The translations under genes and the position numbers were made by a program. Source: a virus. From it: a stretch of 64,000 nucleotides of DNA. Shown here piece after piece: positions 30,620 through 40,808 of this stretch (positions are counted from its first letter, which is position 1; the number at the start of each line of letters is the position of its first letter). Below the pieces are notes generated by a model. That model was not told where the DNA came from and did not search any database. It saw nothing but the letters and a program-made list of their open reading frames with translations. The DNA is taken from positions 35,322-99,321 of the IMG/VR virus record IMGVR_UViG_3300034980_000576; one strand, written 5' to 3'.

Positions 30620-32100
30620 TGAAAAGTACAAGAGAAAATTATTTAGAATACTTTATGCTTCCTTCTCCTCTAAATCCATTCGTGGCTGAGTACGACGCCC
30701 CAAATGGATACACAACCACATGGTGGAGCTTCGAGGAAGCCCTCGAATCCGCCCTAGGCGGCGCCTTAGAGGATCTTGACACGGGCGCGATGACAATCGA
30801 TACCATGATGGCAGGCCTGCCTGGCGCCGAATCTGGCTACGCATCGGCTGACTCCGCACTCTACGGCTATGGCGTATCGTCAGATGGCAAGACACTCCAT
30901 ACCAAAACTACCGCCGAGGAAGGTGCCTCAGTATATCTGAGAGCGAGGCTCAGCGACTCCATCACAACGATTGACAATTTTTTCCCTGATGTTTCCAGCA
31001 CCACGTCATGGATAGATGGACAGAACCACATCTCAAAGATGACTAATACGGGGATATATTATGCCGTCCCACCGATAACAAGCAAGGGTTTTCTAAAACA
31101 CACTAAGCCTTTTGCTCTGGCCAGCAAAAACGCCTTTTCTAAGAAGAGCGACACAGGTTTCGAATCTATCAATCCGTGCCCGGGCTGTAAAACGATTGGA
31201 AGAGCAAACAACGGCTGGCATGAAATGAAGTCATTTTTCAGCGGCGCCGCTCACTTCGTCTACGAGGCCGAGCCCGGCCCCCGCGGACCTCTGGACATGT
31301 CATCGATTTTGGATATGTCACAAACATCCGCGGCGGCATATGGATCTGGGGCATTTACCTCTTTCTATATATACGAAGTTTGGTATGCCATCTTAACGAC
31401 ATATAGTGCCATGGCATCGAGCACGCTCGATGACATTTTTACTGTTTCTTATTATCACACACAAGCCTCCGCGCGCCGGTTGACTTACGACTCCAATATC
31501 ATCCGATCCGGAGGCTATCCTAATAATACGTCCCTCAGCAACACTGATGCACCCGACTCGGACCGCTTCCTCCACTACGGTGGTGGCGTCGTGACTCCCA
31601 ATCTCTCCTCTCGTACCGGCCAGTCCGAAGTTACATCCATCCCCTATGTTGTCCACTCCGATGATGCCAGGAGCCTCGCCGTTGCAGAGGCATTGGATGG
31701 TGCCAGCGCCGGCGGAGGAGACACAGCGCTAGAGTCAGCTACCGACGGTGGCAATACAACCGTGTGTTACCTTAATAATAGATCCTCCTTCCCTGGAGGC
31801 CAGTTCGTCATAGGCGATAAGATGAGGAGATTCCAGCGAAAAACAGATACCGCTGACGGCGATTACCAGCGCATGGGATCTTATACTTTAGCTAAGGGAT
31901 TTTTAGCCCACAAGGCATGGTTATTACAGAATTCGCTAACAATTTGGAATGGAAAATTAGAGAACATGGTACATCAACAGTTAACTAGAAATCTAGACAT
32001 CGATCTGATGCATCCTGTTGGAGATTCTCCGGACAGCACATCTTACACCCCCTCTCCCTCTGCGCCAATGACAACCACACCCGGCGACTCGTCTTACTAG
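30619..32100 (+). CDS. hypothetical protein (Ser/Thr/Gly-rich, probable virion)
   Basis: 493-aa ORF, translationally coupled, same strand as the cluster. Confidence 0.6.
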   Translation: MKSTRENYLEYFMLPSPLNPFVAEYDAPNGYTTTWWSFEEALESALGGALEDLDTGAMTIDTMMAGLPGAESGYASADSALYGYGVSSDGKTLHTKTTAEEGASVYLRARLSDSITTIDNFFPDVSSTTSWIDGQNHISKMTNTGIYYAVPPITSKGFLKHTKPFALASKNAFSKKSDTGFESINPCPGCKTIGRANNGWHEMKSFFSGAAHFVYEAEPGPRGPLDMSSILDMSQTSAAAYGSGAFTSFYIYEVWYAILTTYSAMASSTLDDIFTVSYYHTQASARRLTYDSNIIRSGGYPNNTSLSNTDAPDSDRFLHYGGGVVTPNLSSRTGQSEVTSIPYVVHSDDARSLAVAEALDGASAGGGDTALESATDGGNTTVCYLNNRSSFPGGQFVIGDKMRRFQRKTDTADGDYQRMGSYTLAKGFLAHKAWLLQNSLTIWNGKLENMVHQQLTRNLDIDLMHPVGDSPDSTSYTPSPSAPMTTTPGDSSY

Positions 32101-32108
32101 GAAATTAA

Positions 32109-35100
32109 ATGCCACTTATTCATTATAAAACAATAAACATTTTAAGTCGCGACTTGTTAGATACCGGTCCCGATAAGCTAAGGTTAGCCCTAGGCAATAG
32201 TTGGACAGTAGAGGAGGAGGGATATGAATATGTCCCCAGCGGTATGCAGTATTCACTTGAACAACCACATAAGTACGGCGGCATCGACTATACATCAGCC
32301 GATCCTGTCCGCAATCTTACGGCATATCGTCCCGAAACAGATCCTGATTATGAACCATTTGGAGTGCCTAGGCTTATTGAAAGCTTCGAAACAAATGTAT
32401 ATAATGTGACGATGATTAATCCGAATTCTTATGTGCCAAACTTTAAAATACCAATTCGCTTTTATGCCGACGCCGCTAACAGCAAAGGTGATTTATATTG
32501 GAATACATACTGGCTCGGCGGCAATTATGATGATAAAGATTATTTTCCCCTAATCGATGAGACGCGCACGTTTTATACAACAAATTCCACAATATTTTTA
32601 CCTTACTGGCGCGCCAGCATTGATAAAGGTGGGTTTGTACCTGCGTCCACATCTCAGTATGGATTCAGAACATTTAGTGTAAAAGCAAATTATCCAAACT
32701 ACGACGAACATGTACAGTCTAGAATTGACTATGAAAGTCAATTGAGCGAGAGATTGCTGCCTAACTATAACTTTATGTTAGATGTAACGCGCCGCTCGTT
32801 CGACTCTGATTTCGACGAAGGTGTGTATGAATCAGGCATGACAATTGGTGCAGAAGTACGACAGCCCCAAGAGACACAACTAAGAAGATGGTATGTTCAG
32901 GACTCTCTCCACCGGTCCCGGCATGCTTCTCAACACAGAAATATATATTTCGGAACACACTGGCCAATGGTGTGGGGAGCGGATGTCCCCGCCGCGGCAC
33001 GCGAGAATGCCGATCGGCATCAAGAAAATATAATGTTTGATCAATACTATTATGAAAAGTACACCGGCGCCGACACCTTCTCACCGTCAGCCAGTACCGC
33101 AAAGAATTTATTAGAATCATCAAAAATGTATGACATAACAGTGGAATTTACAACAAGTCGCGATAATCCCTTCGCCACCCTTCCGCTTGCCTTTGACATG
33201 ATCCAGGCCCGGGCCAGAGAGTCCCATGGCCCAAATTTAATTAGAGATATCATTGAAGAAAATAATTTTTCTTCTAAATTTTTGGAAACATTGAAAGACA
33301 TAGAAGAGGGAGCCTACCCTGACTTCCCACAGACTAATATAAATTACCCCACGCTAGAATCCTATGGCTCTCTCGCCGGCGATGAAATAGAAAAGAGCAC
33401 CTATATGGGCGGCTGGGTATGGGAGACGCATCTCTGGGCACCAACCGCAACACGCATGATCGAGCAACGATTTAAATCTTTCGATTGGCTAGATATGTTG
33501 GCATATGTGTACAATAATCCAACCGCCGGAATAAATGATAATTTCTATTTCATGGGCCCCCCAGAGATACGTCGGCATACAACTATTGCAGATAACACCA
33601 CATATCGCTATATTGACACAATAGGAAATCTATCGGTTTTGGATGCTACAATGGATCATCTCGGACAATGGTACCTGCCGATGTTTGAAGCTTTACGCCA
33701 AAATGAATATTATACACATGATGATCTAAAAATGTCAACCCCGAATACTCTTAGTTCCAAGATAAATTCAATTTTCATGAAAGCTGAAGATCCATCCAGC
33801 GCACAGATACTAGCATATAGAGTTGATAAATTTGAAGCAACCCCGGCAGGACTTCCGGCAGGGGAACCAATACAAAAGTTTTGGTTTTTCAATGCGAAAG
33901 ATATTCCATCAAAAATAAGCCTCGTTGATAGTCAGGTAAAATTTGGAAAACATTATGTGTATCGCTGTACAGCATATGTTGCAACTATCGCTCACAAATA
34001 TAAATATACGAATTTAAGATTGACAAAACAAATAGGTAAATATGATTTAACCGAAGACGGGGTTGAAGATACCTACTGTGTTCAGTTTTACAATCCTTAC
34101 ACACAATTGGGAGCAGATCAAACATTTTCTACCAAACTAGCATCCCCAGACATCGCCGGTGATGTCACTTACCAAACAACAGGATTGTCGAATTATAACC
34201 TAGTCGCAACCTTAGCACAGGATTTCATAAATTATCCGCAAGCGGCAGATCTCTTTCTCAATATCCAACCATGCATCAAAATTTTGGAAGTACCATTATT
34301 TGAAAAAACATGTGGAGTATACGATAATCCATCGAGCGGTTTATCTGTAGAACCGTTCCACTTCATGGATGATAGTAATCGAGTTGGGTTCTCAATCAAA
34401 GGGGATCCCTACAAGCCATATTTTTACCCTGCTTTGCTCAAACAAAGTGATAAGCAGATGAAGGGCGACTATCTTAATTCTAGAGAACTTTTCGAAGATC
34501 AGTACGTTGACAATTATTCTAGAACTGCACCACGATACCTAGAAATGTATCGAATATCTAAAAAGCCAACGTCTTTTTATGATTTTGGAAGAAATTTGGT
34601 AAGCAGAATAGATTTACGAATCCCCGGAGAGACATATAATTTAAAAGATTATGTGGCTGTTGACAAAATCATTCCCAATAAGACATATTATTATGTGTTT
34701 AGGTTTATTAATGAGAGCGGCATGCCTTCGTGGCCATCATCAATTATAGAAGCTCAGCTTGTTAACGACGGGGGCTATATTTACTCTCTATTCGAACACT
34801 TCGATACGGCAGAGTTTATAAAAGATCCCTTTGAAAGCCCAACAACCTCATTTAAGAAATTGGTTCACATAGAGCCTAACATCCAACAATTACAGCTTGA
34901 CACAACCGGCGCCGACTTCTCCTTGCCGGCGAATACGCAACTAAACGCTGTTAAATTGGGAGTAAGCGATGAGAAATTGTGGGATAAGGAATTTAAAATA
35001 CGCTTAACTTCAAAGAAGACAGGTAAGAAAATTGATTTAAATGTTACGTATAATGTCGAAGGTGTCGACATGAGTTCTACAAGTGATTATCATCTTGATC

Positions 35101-35153
35101 CAGAAGATACCGACGGCGCCCGCAGCTTCATAAAGAGTACCCCACCCAGCTAA
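32109..35153 (+). CDS. large hypothetical virion protein with FN3-like C-terminal segments
   Basis: 1014 aa; DSQVKFGKHYVYRC and DKIIPNKTYYYVFRFIN..G.PS.PS resemble fibronectin-type-III strand patterns. Confidence 0.5.
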   Translation: MPLIHYKTINILSRDLLDTGPDKLRLALGNSWTVEEEGYEYVPSGMQYSLEQPHKYGGIDYTSADPVRNLTAYRPETDPDYEPFGVPRLIESFETNVYNVTMINPNSYVPNFKIPIRFYADAANSKGDLYWNTYWLGGNYDDKDYFPLIDETRTFYTTNSTIFLPYWRASIDKGGFVPASTSQYGFRTFSVKANYPNYDEHVQSRIDYESQLSERLLPNYNFMLDVTRRSFDSDFDEGVYESGMTIGAEVRQPQETQLRRWYVQDSLHRSRHASQHRNIYFGTHWPMVWGADVPAAARENADRHQENIMFDQYYYEKYTGADTFSPSASTAKNLLESSKMYDITVEFTTSRDNPFATLPLAFDMIQARARESHGPNLIRDIIEENNFSSKFLETLKDIEEGAYPDFPQTNINYPTLESYGSLAGDEIEKSTYMGGWVWETHLWAPTATRMIEQRFKSFDWLDMLAYVYNNPTAGINDNFYFMGPPEIRRHTTIADNTTYRYIDTIGNLSVLDATMDHLGQWYLPMFEALRQNEYYTHDDLKMSTPNTLSSKINSIFMKAEDPSSAQILAYRVDKFEATPAGLPAGEPIQKFWFFNAKDIPSKISLVDSQVKFGKHYVYRCTAYVATIAHKYKYTNLRLTKQIGKYDLTEDGVEDTYCVQFYNPYTQLGADQTFSTKLASPDIAGDVTYQTTGLSNYNLVATLAQDFINYPQAADLFLNIQPCIKILEVPLFEKTCGVYDNPSSGLSVEPFHFMDDSNRVGFSIKGDPYKPYFYPALLKQSDKQMKGDYLNSRELFEDQYVDNYSRTAPRYLEMYRISKKPTSFYDFGRNLVSRIDLRIPGETYNLKDYVAVDKIIPNKTYYYVFRFINESGMPSWPSSIIEAQLVNDGGYIYSLFEHFDTAEFIKDPFESPTTSFKKLVHIEPNIQQLQLDTTGADFSLPANTQLNAVKLGVSDEKLWDKEFKIRLTSKKTGKKIDLNVTYNVEGVDMSSTSDYHLDPEDTDGARSFIKSTPPS

Positions 35154-35176
35154 CAAATGGAAACTAATTAAAGTAT

Positions 35177-36256
35177 ATGGCATATTTAAAAACCAGTGAT
35201 TCGATCGTCATCCAGGCGACTTTGACAGATAAAGGTAAAAAGCTTTTATCTCGTGGAAACTTTAAGATAGCAAAATTTGCTTTGGGTGATGACGAGATAG
35301 ACTATTCTCTTTACCGCGCCGCGGACAGAGATGAGGAAGATTATGAGCCCGCCTTGTTAAACTCGGAAATGTTTGAAGCATACAAGCCAACTCACTCAAA
35401 CATTCAATATGGACTTGATTCGTTTGATGCTGCCATACTACATTTAACTTCGGAAGAAAAGAGCAAAATTCTCGAACTTGGTGACGCCCTGCATGCCAAC
35501 ATCCTATATTTACCAATATTAAAGACTAATTCCAAGTTATCCGTGAGCCCGACGCTCAGTAGCTCAGTCCATTATCTCTCAGTAAACGACGAGACTACCC
35601 AGAAGCTAGACTCAATCGACAATTTTAAATTTTTGACAACCAATCGATTGGAGAACATTAAATTTGTGGTAGAATCAGGTTTAGATATACCGGCAGACAT
35701 AGTTGTTCCACCAAGTCGAACCAATCGCAGAGAATACATTCTAGAGAAGTATTTGCTGGACGTAGATTATTTTTTATACGCAGACAACAGGTTCATAACT
35801 AAAGTCTGTGGAATTCAACAATCCTCAGAGTTTAAGAATTTTCCTAGTGGCGAAGTTCTAATTAACTTTTTAACTGCTCGCGAGTCTCCACCTATATCTT
35901 ATGCATCGGAGTTTGATAATTACGCGACATATATCACAAAAGGGATATCAAACCATACCTACGTCTTCCCAGATGTAAGTGCAACATGGGAATCTTCCCC
36001 TAATTCCTCATCTTTTGTCGGCCCTCGCGGCGGAGTAGTCGCCTTCAATCCCTTAATTAACGAAGAATTAAAAGGAACCTCAACCTCAACCAGAGATTTC
36101 AGATATTCCGATTTTGGCAAGACAGAGCAAATAGTTTTTAGTGAATTGCCAACAAGCAAGTTCGATTATATAGATACTACTATTTATATTATAGGCGCGA
36201 CAACCAACGCTCGCCTCCAGATACCAGTCAGGTTAATTCGTTACGTTGGAACATAA
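35177..36256 (+). CDS. putative tail protein, paralogue of 36332
   Basis: Shares LT..G......GNFKI.KFALGDDEIDY.LY and the C-terminal YIDT.......G.......P.R.I with the next gene. Confidence 0.6.
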   Translation: MAYLKTSDSIVIQATLTDKGKKLLSRGNFKIAKFALGDDEIDYSLYRAADRDEEDYEPALLNSEMFEAYKPTHSNIQYGLDSFDAAILHLTSEEKSKILELGDALHANILYLPILKTNSKLSVSPTLSSSVHYLSVNDETTQKLDSIDNFKFLTTNRLENIKFVVESGLDIPADIVVPPSRTNRREYILEKYLLDVDYFLYADNRFITKVCGIQQSSEFKNFPSGEVLINFLTARESPPISYASEFDNYATYITKGISNHTYVFPDVSATWESSPNSSSFVGPRGGVVAFNPLINEELKGTSTSTRDFRYSDFGKTEQIVFSELPTSKFDYIDTTIYIIGATTNARLQIPVRLIRYVGT

Positions 36257-36331
36257 ATTTTAAAATAAATCAAGAATATAGTAAACTCTTTGTATGAAAT
36301 TTACTATTTATTTAGTTAAAGAGGAAAATAA

Positions 36332-37321
36332 ATGGCTTTTTTAGATAATTCAGGCAACATCATACTCGATACCGTCTTAACCGAGATAGGTAGAAAGCGA
36401 ATGGCAACAGGCAACTTTAAGATTAGTAAGTTTGCTTTGGGCGATGATGAGATAGACTACAACCTGTACGACAAAAACAATGCGTCCGGCTCCGCATATT
36501 ATGATTTGGAGATTTTGCAAACTCCTGTTTTTCAAGCAACCACGGGTGTTAACGCTAACATAAATTATGGATTACTTTCATATAGCAATACAAACTTATT
36601 GTATCTGCCAACAATGAAGAGAAATAATTTAGCTACGAATGCTGTAGCTCAAAGAAACAACATATTTTATCTCGCCGTAAATGATGGCGGCGTAACCTCC
36701 GCGGCACTTATCACTGCATTCGGCGGCGTCACGGGCGGCGGAACGCGCCAGCTTCTGCAGTCAGGACAATTAAACGGATCCTGTATCATGATGGAAACCG
36801 GACTCGACACCACGGAACTCCGTGCAACCGCAGCAAATAAACAAAACTATCTTGCCGGCCAAGGGCTCATTGATTCAAGTTTTCAAGTTTCTGTGGATAC
36901 TAGATTTATTAGTGCCGTTTTGGGCCCCGGAAATGCCGCCAAGTTCAATAACGCCGGCGTCGGCGGTGAGTCCAACATAGTTACCACTCTGCAGTCAATA
37001 CTGCCGACGACTAACAATCAATCAATGAATAATTTTTCGATAGCTCAAATAAGAGCAGTCAACAATCAAGTCACATATAGAGTGGCTGACACGACAGCCG
37101 ACACAACTATCTCTGTTATCTCTGGTCCGAGATCATCAGTGACTTTCTTGAATTTTGATACCGCAATTTTAGCGATTACTGATTTCTCTAGATACGGCAA
37201 AACAGGACAATCAATTTCAGGCGCCGCCGGAACCTATAGATATATCGATACATCGGTATCTATTTTGGGATCCGCCGGCACCATGGATCAGTTACCAATC
37301 AGAATTATACAAAAAGAATAA
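36332..37321 (+). CDS. putative tail protein (tail-fibre N-terminal/DUF3751-like first half)
   Basis: RBS gaggaaaa; VLTEIGRKRMATGNFKISKFALGDDEIDY resembles the P2 gpH-type N-terminus (VITxxG...MAVGDG). Confidence 0.55.
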   Translation: MAFLDNSGNIILDTVLTEIGRKRMATGNFKISKFALGDDEIDYNLYDKNNASGSAYYDLEILQTPVFQATTGVNANINYGLLSYSNTNLLYLPTMKRNNLATNAVAQRNNIFYLAVNDGGVTSAALITAFGGVTGGGTRQLLQSGQLNGSCIMMETGLDTTELRATAANKQNYLAGQGLIDSSFQVSVDTRFISAVLGPGNAAKFNNAGVGGESNIVTTLQSILPTTNNQSMNNFSIAQIRAVNNQVTYRVADTTADTTISVISGPRSSVTFLNFDTAILAITDFSRYGKTGQSISGAAGTYRYIDTSVSILGSAGTMDQLPIRIIQKE

Positions 37322-37333
37322 CGGAGTTTATAA

Positions 37334-38386
37334 ATGCCAGTAAAAAGTTTTGAAGCTATCAACCCATCAACGGATGTAACGTCGACACGTACGTTTCTTC
37401 ATGAAGTGATCCCAGTTACGGGATCTATTGTGAGTGGAACCTATGCCGATAACAACATCAAGAACTATACCCACGGGATGTTCCAGTCGGTATACGACTA
37501 CCCTTATCTGAGTTCTTCCGCAAATCACATCTTTGATTTAGCATGTGCATATGCAGGCACCTCAGTGTTGTCTTCGAGCACCGCAACGCAGAACTCAAAG
37601 AAAATTAACATGTACAACGAGTTTGCACAAGTACTTCTTGGATACACAGGTTCTAAAAATCAAGTTCGCTATTTTGAAAGCGACTTGGCATTAGATCAAA
37701 CCGGCTCGATGAAGGAAGTTTTCTTCGTCAACTTGTCGCGACTTCTTACCAAAGATGAAATCAAGAAAGGCTCCTTTAGGCTTTCGCTTTCTACATCAAG
37801 CTGGGCAACACCAAGCGCCGGCACTAGAACCTTGGGAGACTACCATGCTAAAGTAGATGGAACCGGTGTTACAAATTGTGTTGGTGGTGATTATGGTGTT
37901 CTTTACGACAATACCACCGCGTCAGTGGGAGATAATGGCTATGGTGTCGTATTCTATCAAGCTGGAATTGCAGTTATAACAGCATCGTTATTCCAAAAAA
38001 CCGGAACAGGTTTTAACCACGAGGGTACTTCTGGCGCCACGTATGACGTCGAACAATCTCTTGTTTCCGCATCTATCACAGGATCCCTGAACGCGCTTAG
38101 ACATAGAATCCAGAACATTACGTTCAACAATACAACAGAAATTAATTCAACAATTTACTTCTGCCGCGCACCAGCAAACAAGTTTAACTACAGTTCTAAC
38201 CCGACATATACAACGGGTAGTAAAATCCGAATTAAGAACGTTGCCTCCGACAATCCTGTTTCATACATTACAACAGTCGGATTGTATAACGCCGCAAACG
38301 AATTATTAGCAGTTGCGAAGCTTTCCGAGCCAATTAAGAAAAGTGTTGATAATGAGTTGACAATCCGCGTTAGACTGGACTACTAA
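37334..38386 (+). CDS. putative tail protein (tail-fibre N-terminal/DUF3751-like second half)
   Basis: RBS ggag; C-terminal FNYSSNPT...YITTVGLYNAANELLAVAKLSEPIKK resembles the GLYDDAGTLIAVA...YK motif of P2 gpH-type fibres. Confidence 0.55.
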   Translation: MPVKSFEAINPSTDVTSTRTFLHEVIPVTGSIVSGTYADNNIKNYTHGMFQSVYDYPYLSSSANHIFDLACAYAGTSVLSSSTATQNSKKINMYNEFAQVLLGYTGSKNQVRYFESDLALDQTGSMKEVFFVNLSRLLTKDEIKKGSFRLSLSTSSWATPSAGTRTLGDYHAKVDGTGVTNCVGGDYGVLYDNTTASVGDNGYGVVFYQAGIAVITASLFQKTGTGFNHEGTSGATYDVEQSLVSASITGSLNALRHRIQNITFNNTTEINSTIYFCRAPANKFNYSSNPTYTTGSKIRIKNVASDNPVSYITTVGLYNAANELLAVAKLSEPIKKSVDNELTIRVRLDY

Positions 38387-38387
38387 A

Positions 38388-39671
38388 ATGTCTTACCGGA
38401 AGTTCGGTAAAAATGATGTTTTAATAAACACAATGAAGACTCACCCAAAAAGTGAGTTCTTTATTTATAGTGGAAACATCTTCTACAACAATCGCACGTT
38501 TCATCCGGGCGAGATTAGAACTTCACCCAACAACGTATATATGACGCCACCGGGCTATGCCAACCTGTATGAATACAACATTGATCGTACCGGATCCGGC
38601 GGCACCGGTAAAGACGGTTTAATATACCCTTACATAATTAAAGATGGTTCCCGCGCCACTTTTGAGATCGACGCGTCCATGACTAGGGAAGAAGTTGTCG
38701 ACGCGTACGACACTGCAGAGTTTGGGGACTGGTTCACCGGCAGCTACCCGCAATACGCCAGCATAAAGAGGGAATTCATAACCAGTCCTTCTGGCTCCTG
38801 CACCGGCGAGATAAAATCATCTTGTGGACATAACATGAACTATTGGTCCTTAAAGAATGTCTTAAATCACTATGGAACCCTGAGTCCCCATTATTTAGTA
38901 ACATCGAGTATCGACGGCGGATGGAACAAAGATACTCAGACATTAAACTTGATTCACATTCCCTCTATCTTCTATGGTTCTAAAATACGCCCGGGCACTG
39001 TATCTCTAAAGTGGTATTTGACAGGCTCTCTAATTGGAGAATTAAGAGACACTAAAGAGAATGGCGAACTAATACAGGTATCCGGCGCGTATAGCGCATC
39101 AGCCGAAACTGATATAGGAAAGGTTGCCGGCGTTGTGCTTTATGATGAGGGGTTCATATTACTCACCGGCTCCTGGCCAATGAGTACTCAAACTATCAAG
39201 ATGGACGAGAGATGGCCAACTCTAGCTCAATACCCACGATGGCGCTACTGGGGATTTGGTGCCCGAGACGGCGATTACGTACGCGAATCAAGGGACTTCG
39301 GCGCCGGTTCCAGCGCCTCCTTTGGCTTAAACTTTGAGGGCATCAACAAAACTGAAGTCTTGACGATGTATGCTCATGCACCTCGCGGAGAGATTAACTA
39401 TTCAAATAATCCAACATTTCTTAAATATAATCAAAGACTTATGGCATTCACATCCTCGCACATATATGAAGAAAACAAGGAGAGACTTATAAAAAATACA
39501 GTTTCATCAAGTTTTGAGGGTTATGACGAGAAATTTAAAAGACAAGTATACATCAACAAGGTTGGTATTTATGATGCCCACAAAAACCTTATAGGAATAG
39601 CAACATTGGCAGATCCTGTGTTAAAAGAAGAAGCTGATCAATTGACGTTTAAAATTAAGCTGGACATATAA
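38388..39671 (+). CDS. putative tail protein, paralogue of 37334
   Basis: C-terminal INYSNNPT...YINKVGIYDAHKNLIGIATLADPVLK...FKIKLDI parallels the C-terminus of 37334. Confidence 0.55.
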   Translation: MSYRKFGKNDVLINTMKTHPKSEFFIYSGNIFYNNRTFHPGEIRTSPNNVYMTPPGYANLYEYNIDRTGSGGTGKDGLIYPYIIKDGSRATFEIDASMTREEVVDAYDTAEFGDWFTGSYPQYASIKREFITSPSGSCTGEIKSSCGHNMNYWSLKNVLNHYGTLSPHYLVTSSIDGGWNKDTQTLNLIHIPSIFYGSKIRPGTVSLKWYLTGSLIGELRDTKENGELIQVSGAYSASAETDIGKVAGVVLYDEGFILLTGSWPMSTQTIKMDERWPTLAQYPRWRYWGFGARDGDYVRESRDFGAGSSASFGLNFEGINKTEVLTMYAHAPRGEINYSNNPTFLKYNQRLMAFTSSHIYEENKERLIKNTVSSSFEGYDEKFKRQVYINKVGIYDAHKNLIGIATLADPVLKEEADQLTFKIKLDI

Positions 39672-39683
39672 TATAATAGTAAT

Positions 39684-40238
39684 ATGATTTTAGGTGTCGA
39701 CGTATCAACTAGTATAACGGGATTTGCTGTTGTGGCAGACAATCAATTGGTTTATTATGACTCAATTGATATGAGGAAACACAAAAATGTTTTTGATAAA
39801 ACAATAGCAATCAAAGAAAAGATTTTAGATTTGTTTGAAATGTATCAATGTAATAATGACGATTCAATGCGCCTAGGCAATTCGGATTATCCTATCGAAC
39901 ATATCTATATCGAACAGCCATTCACGTTCTTTAACTCAGGTGGCTCTTCTGCAAAGACGATGGCAACGCTACAAAAGTTTAATGGTATTGTGTCGTGGTT
40001 ATTATTTGAAACTTTTGAAATCCGCCCAGAATATGTAGGGGCTACTACTGCAAGGAAGCATGCCGGCATTAAGGTACCCCGCGGCCAAAAGGCAAAGCAG
40101 GTAGTATTGCAGCATCTTTTAGATACTGAGCCGGCATTTAAAATAGAATATACAAAACATGGAAACCCAAAGCCGGAGTCATATGATCGCGCCGACGCAA
40201 TAGTCGTAGCGAAGGCTGGGTGGAAAATTGAAAATTAA
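39684..40238 (+). CDS. RuvC-like Holliday junction resolvase
   Basis: MILGVDVSTSITG (first catalytic Asp), IYIEQP (Glu) and DRADAIVVA (C-terminal Asps) form the RNase H-fold RuvC pattern. Confidence 0.8.
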   Translation: MILGVDVSTSITGFAVVADNQLVYYDSIDMRKHKNVFDKTIAIKEKILDLFEMYQCNNDDSMRLGNSDYPIEHIYIEQPFTFFNSGGSSAKTMATLQKFNGIVSWLLFETFEIRPEYVGATTARKHAGIKVPRGQKAKQVVLQHLLDTEPAFKIEYTKHGNPKPESYDRADAIVVAKAGWKIEN

Positions 40239-40241
40239 AGT

Positions 40242-40270
40242 TTGACACTCTTATAGAAAGGTGTTATTAT
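40242..40270 (+). promoter_or_regulatory. sigma70-type promoter for the PPIase gene
   Basis: TTGACA (40242-47), 17-bp spacer, TATTAT (40265-70) with extended -10 TG; intergenic. Confidence 0.75.
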
Positions 40271-40304
40271 ATAATTGCATTTTCATTGCAATGAAGGAGA
40301 AAAA

Positions 40305-40751
40305 ATGCTAGCAAAAAACGGAAGCATGGTTAACGTGCACTACAAAGGTACCCTAAAGGATGGGACTGAGTTCGACAACTCTCACAAAAGAGGGGAGACA
40401 CTTAGTTTTCAGATTGGTTCGGGTAGAATGATCAGAGGATTTAACGATGCTGTGGTTGGTATGAAGATAGGACAGACAAAGAGCGTCACCCTGTCTCCAT
40501 TGGAGGCTTATGGTCCTCGCGTCGAAGAGGCACAACAGGTTGTCCCCAGGGCAGCTTTCAAGGATATCGATAACTTTGAAATTGGTGGAATGGTTCAAGG
40601 AAATGGTCCACAGGGTCCATTCTTGGCAAAGATTAAGGAATTGGCAGAAGAATCTGTTACTCTCGATCTAAATCACCCGCTCGCCGGCGAAGAGCTTAAT
40701 TTCGAAATTGAGCTTGTGGCTGTCGATGAAGAAAGCACAACAGCAGAATAG
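40305..40751 (+). CDS. FKBP-type peptidyl-prolyl cis-trans isomerase (SlpA/short SlyD-like)
   Basis: VNVHYKGTLKDGTEFDNS...F.IG.G.MIRGF..AVVGM..G......P.EAYG...DLNHPLAGEELNFEIELV. Start chosen at ATG 40305 after RBS aggaga. Confidence 0.93.
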   Translation: MLAKNGSMVNVHYKGTLKDGTEFDNSHKRGETLSFQIGSGRMIRGFNDAVVGMKIGQTKSVTLSPLEAYGPRVEEAQQVVPRAAFKDIDNFEIGGMVQGNGPQGPFLAKIKELAEESVTLDLNHPLAGEELNFEIELVAVDEESTTAE

Positions 40752-40764
40752 TTTAATAAAATAG

Positions 40765-40793
40765 TTGACTCTAATTATTAAATGGGGTATAAT
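40765..40793 (+). promoter_or_regulatory. sigma70-type promoter for the primase gene
   Basis: TTGACT (40765-70), 17-bp spacer, TATAAT (40788-93). Confidence 0.78.
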
Positions 40794-40808
40794 GTTTCTT
40801 GAGGGAAC

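Noticed and set aside
39642-39672. Possible sigma70 promoter before the RuvC-like gene (TTGACG...TATAAT)
   Set aside because: The spacer is 19 bp and the site lies inside the upstream coding sequence.
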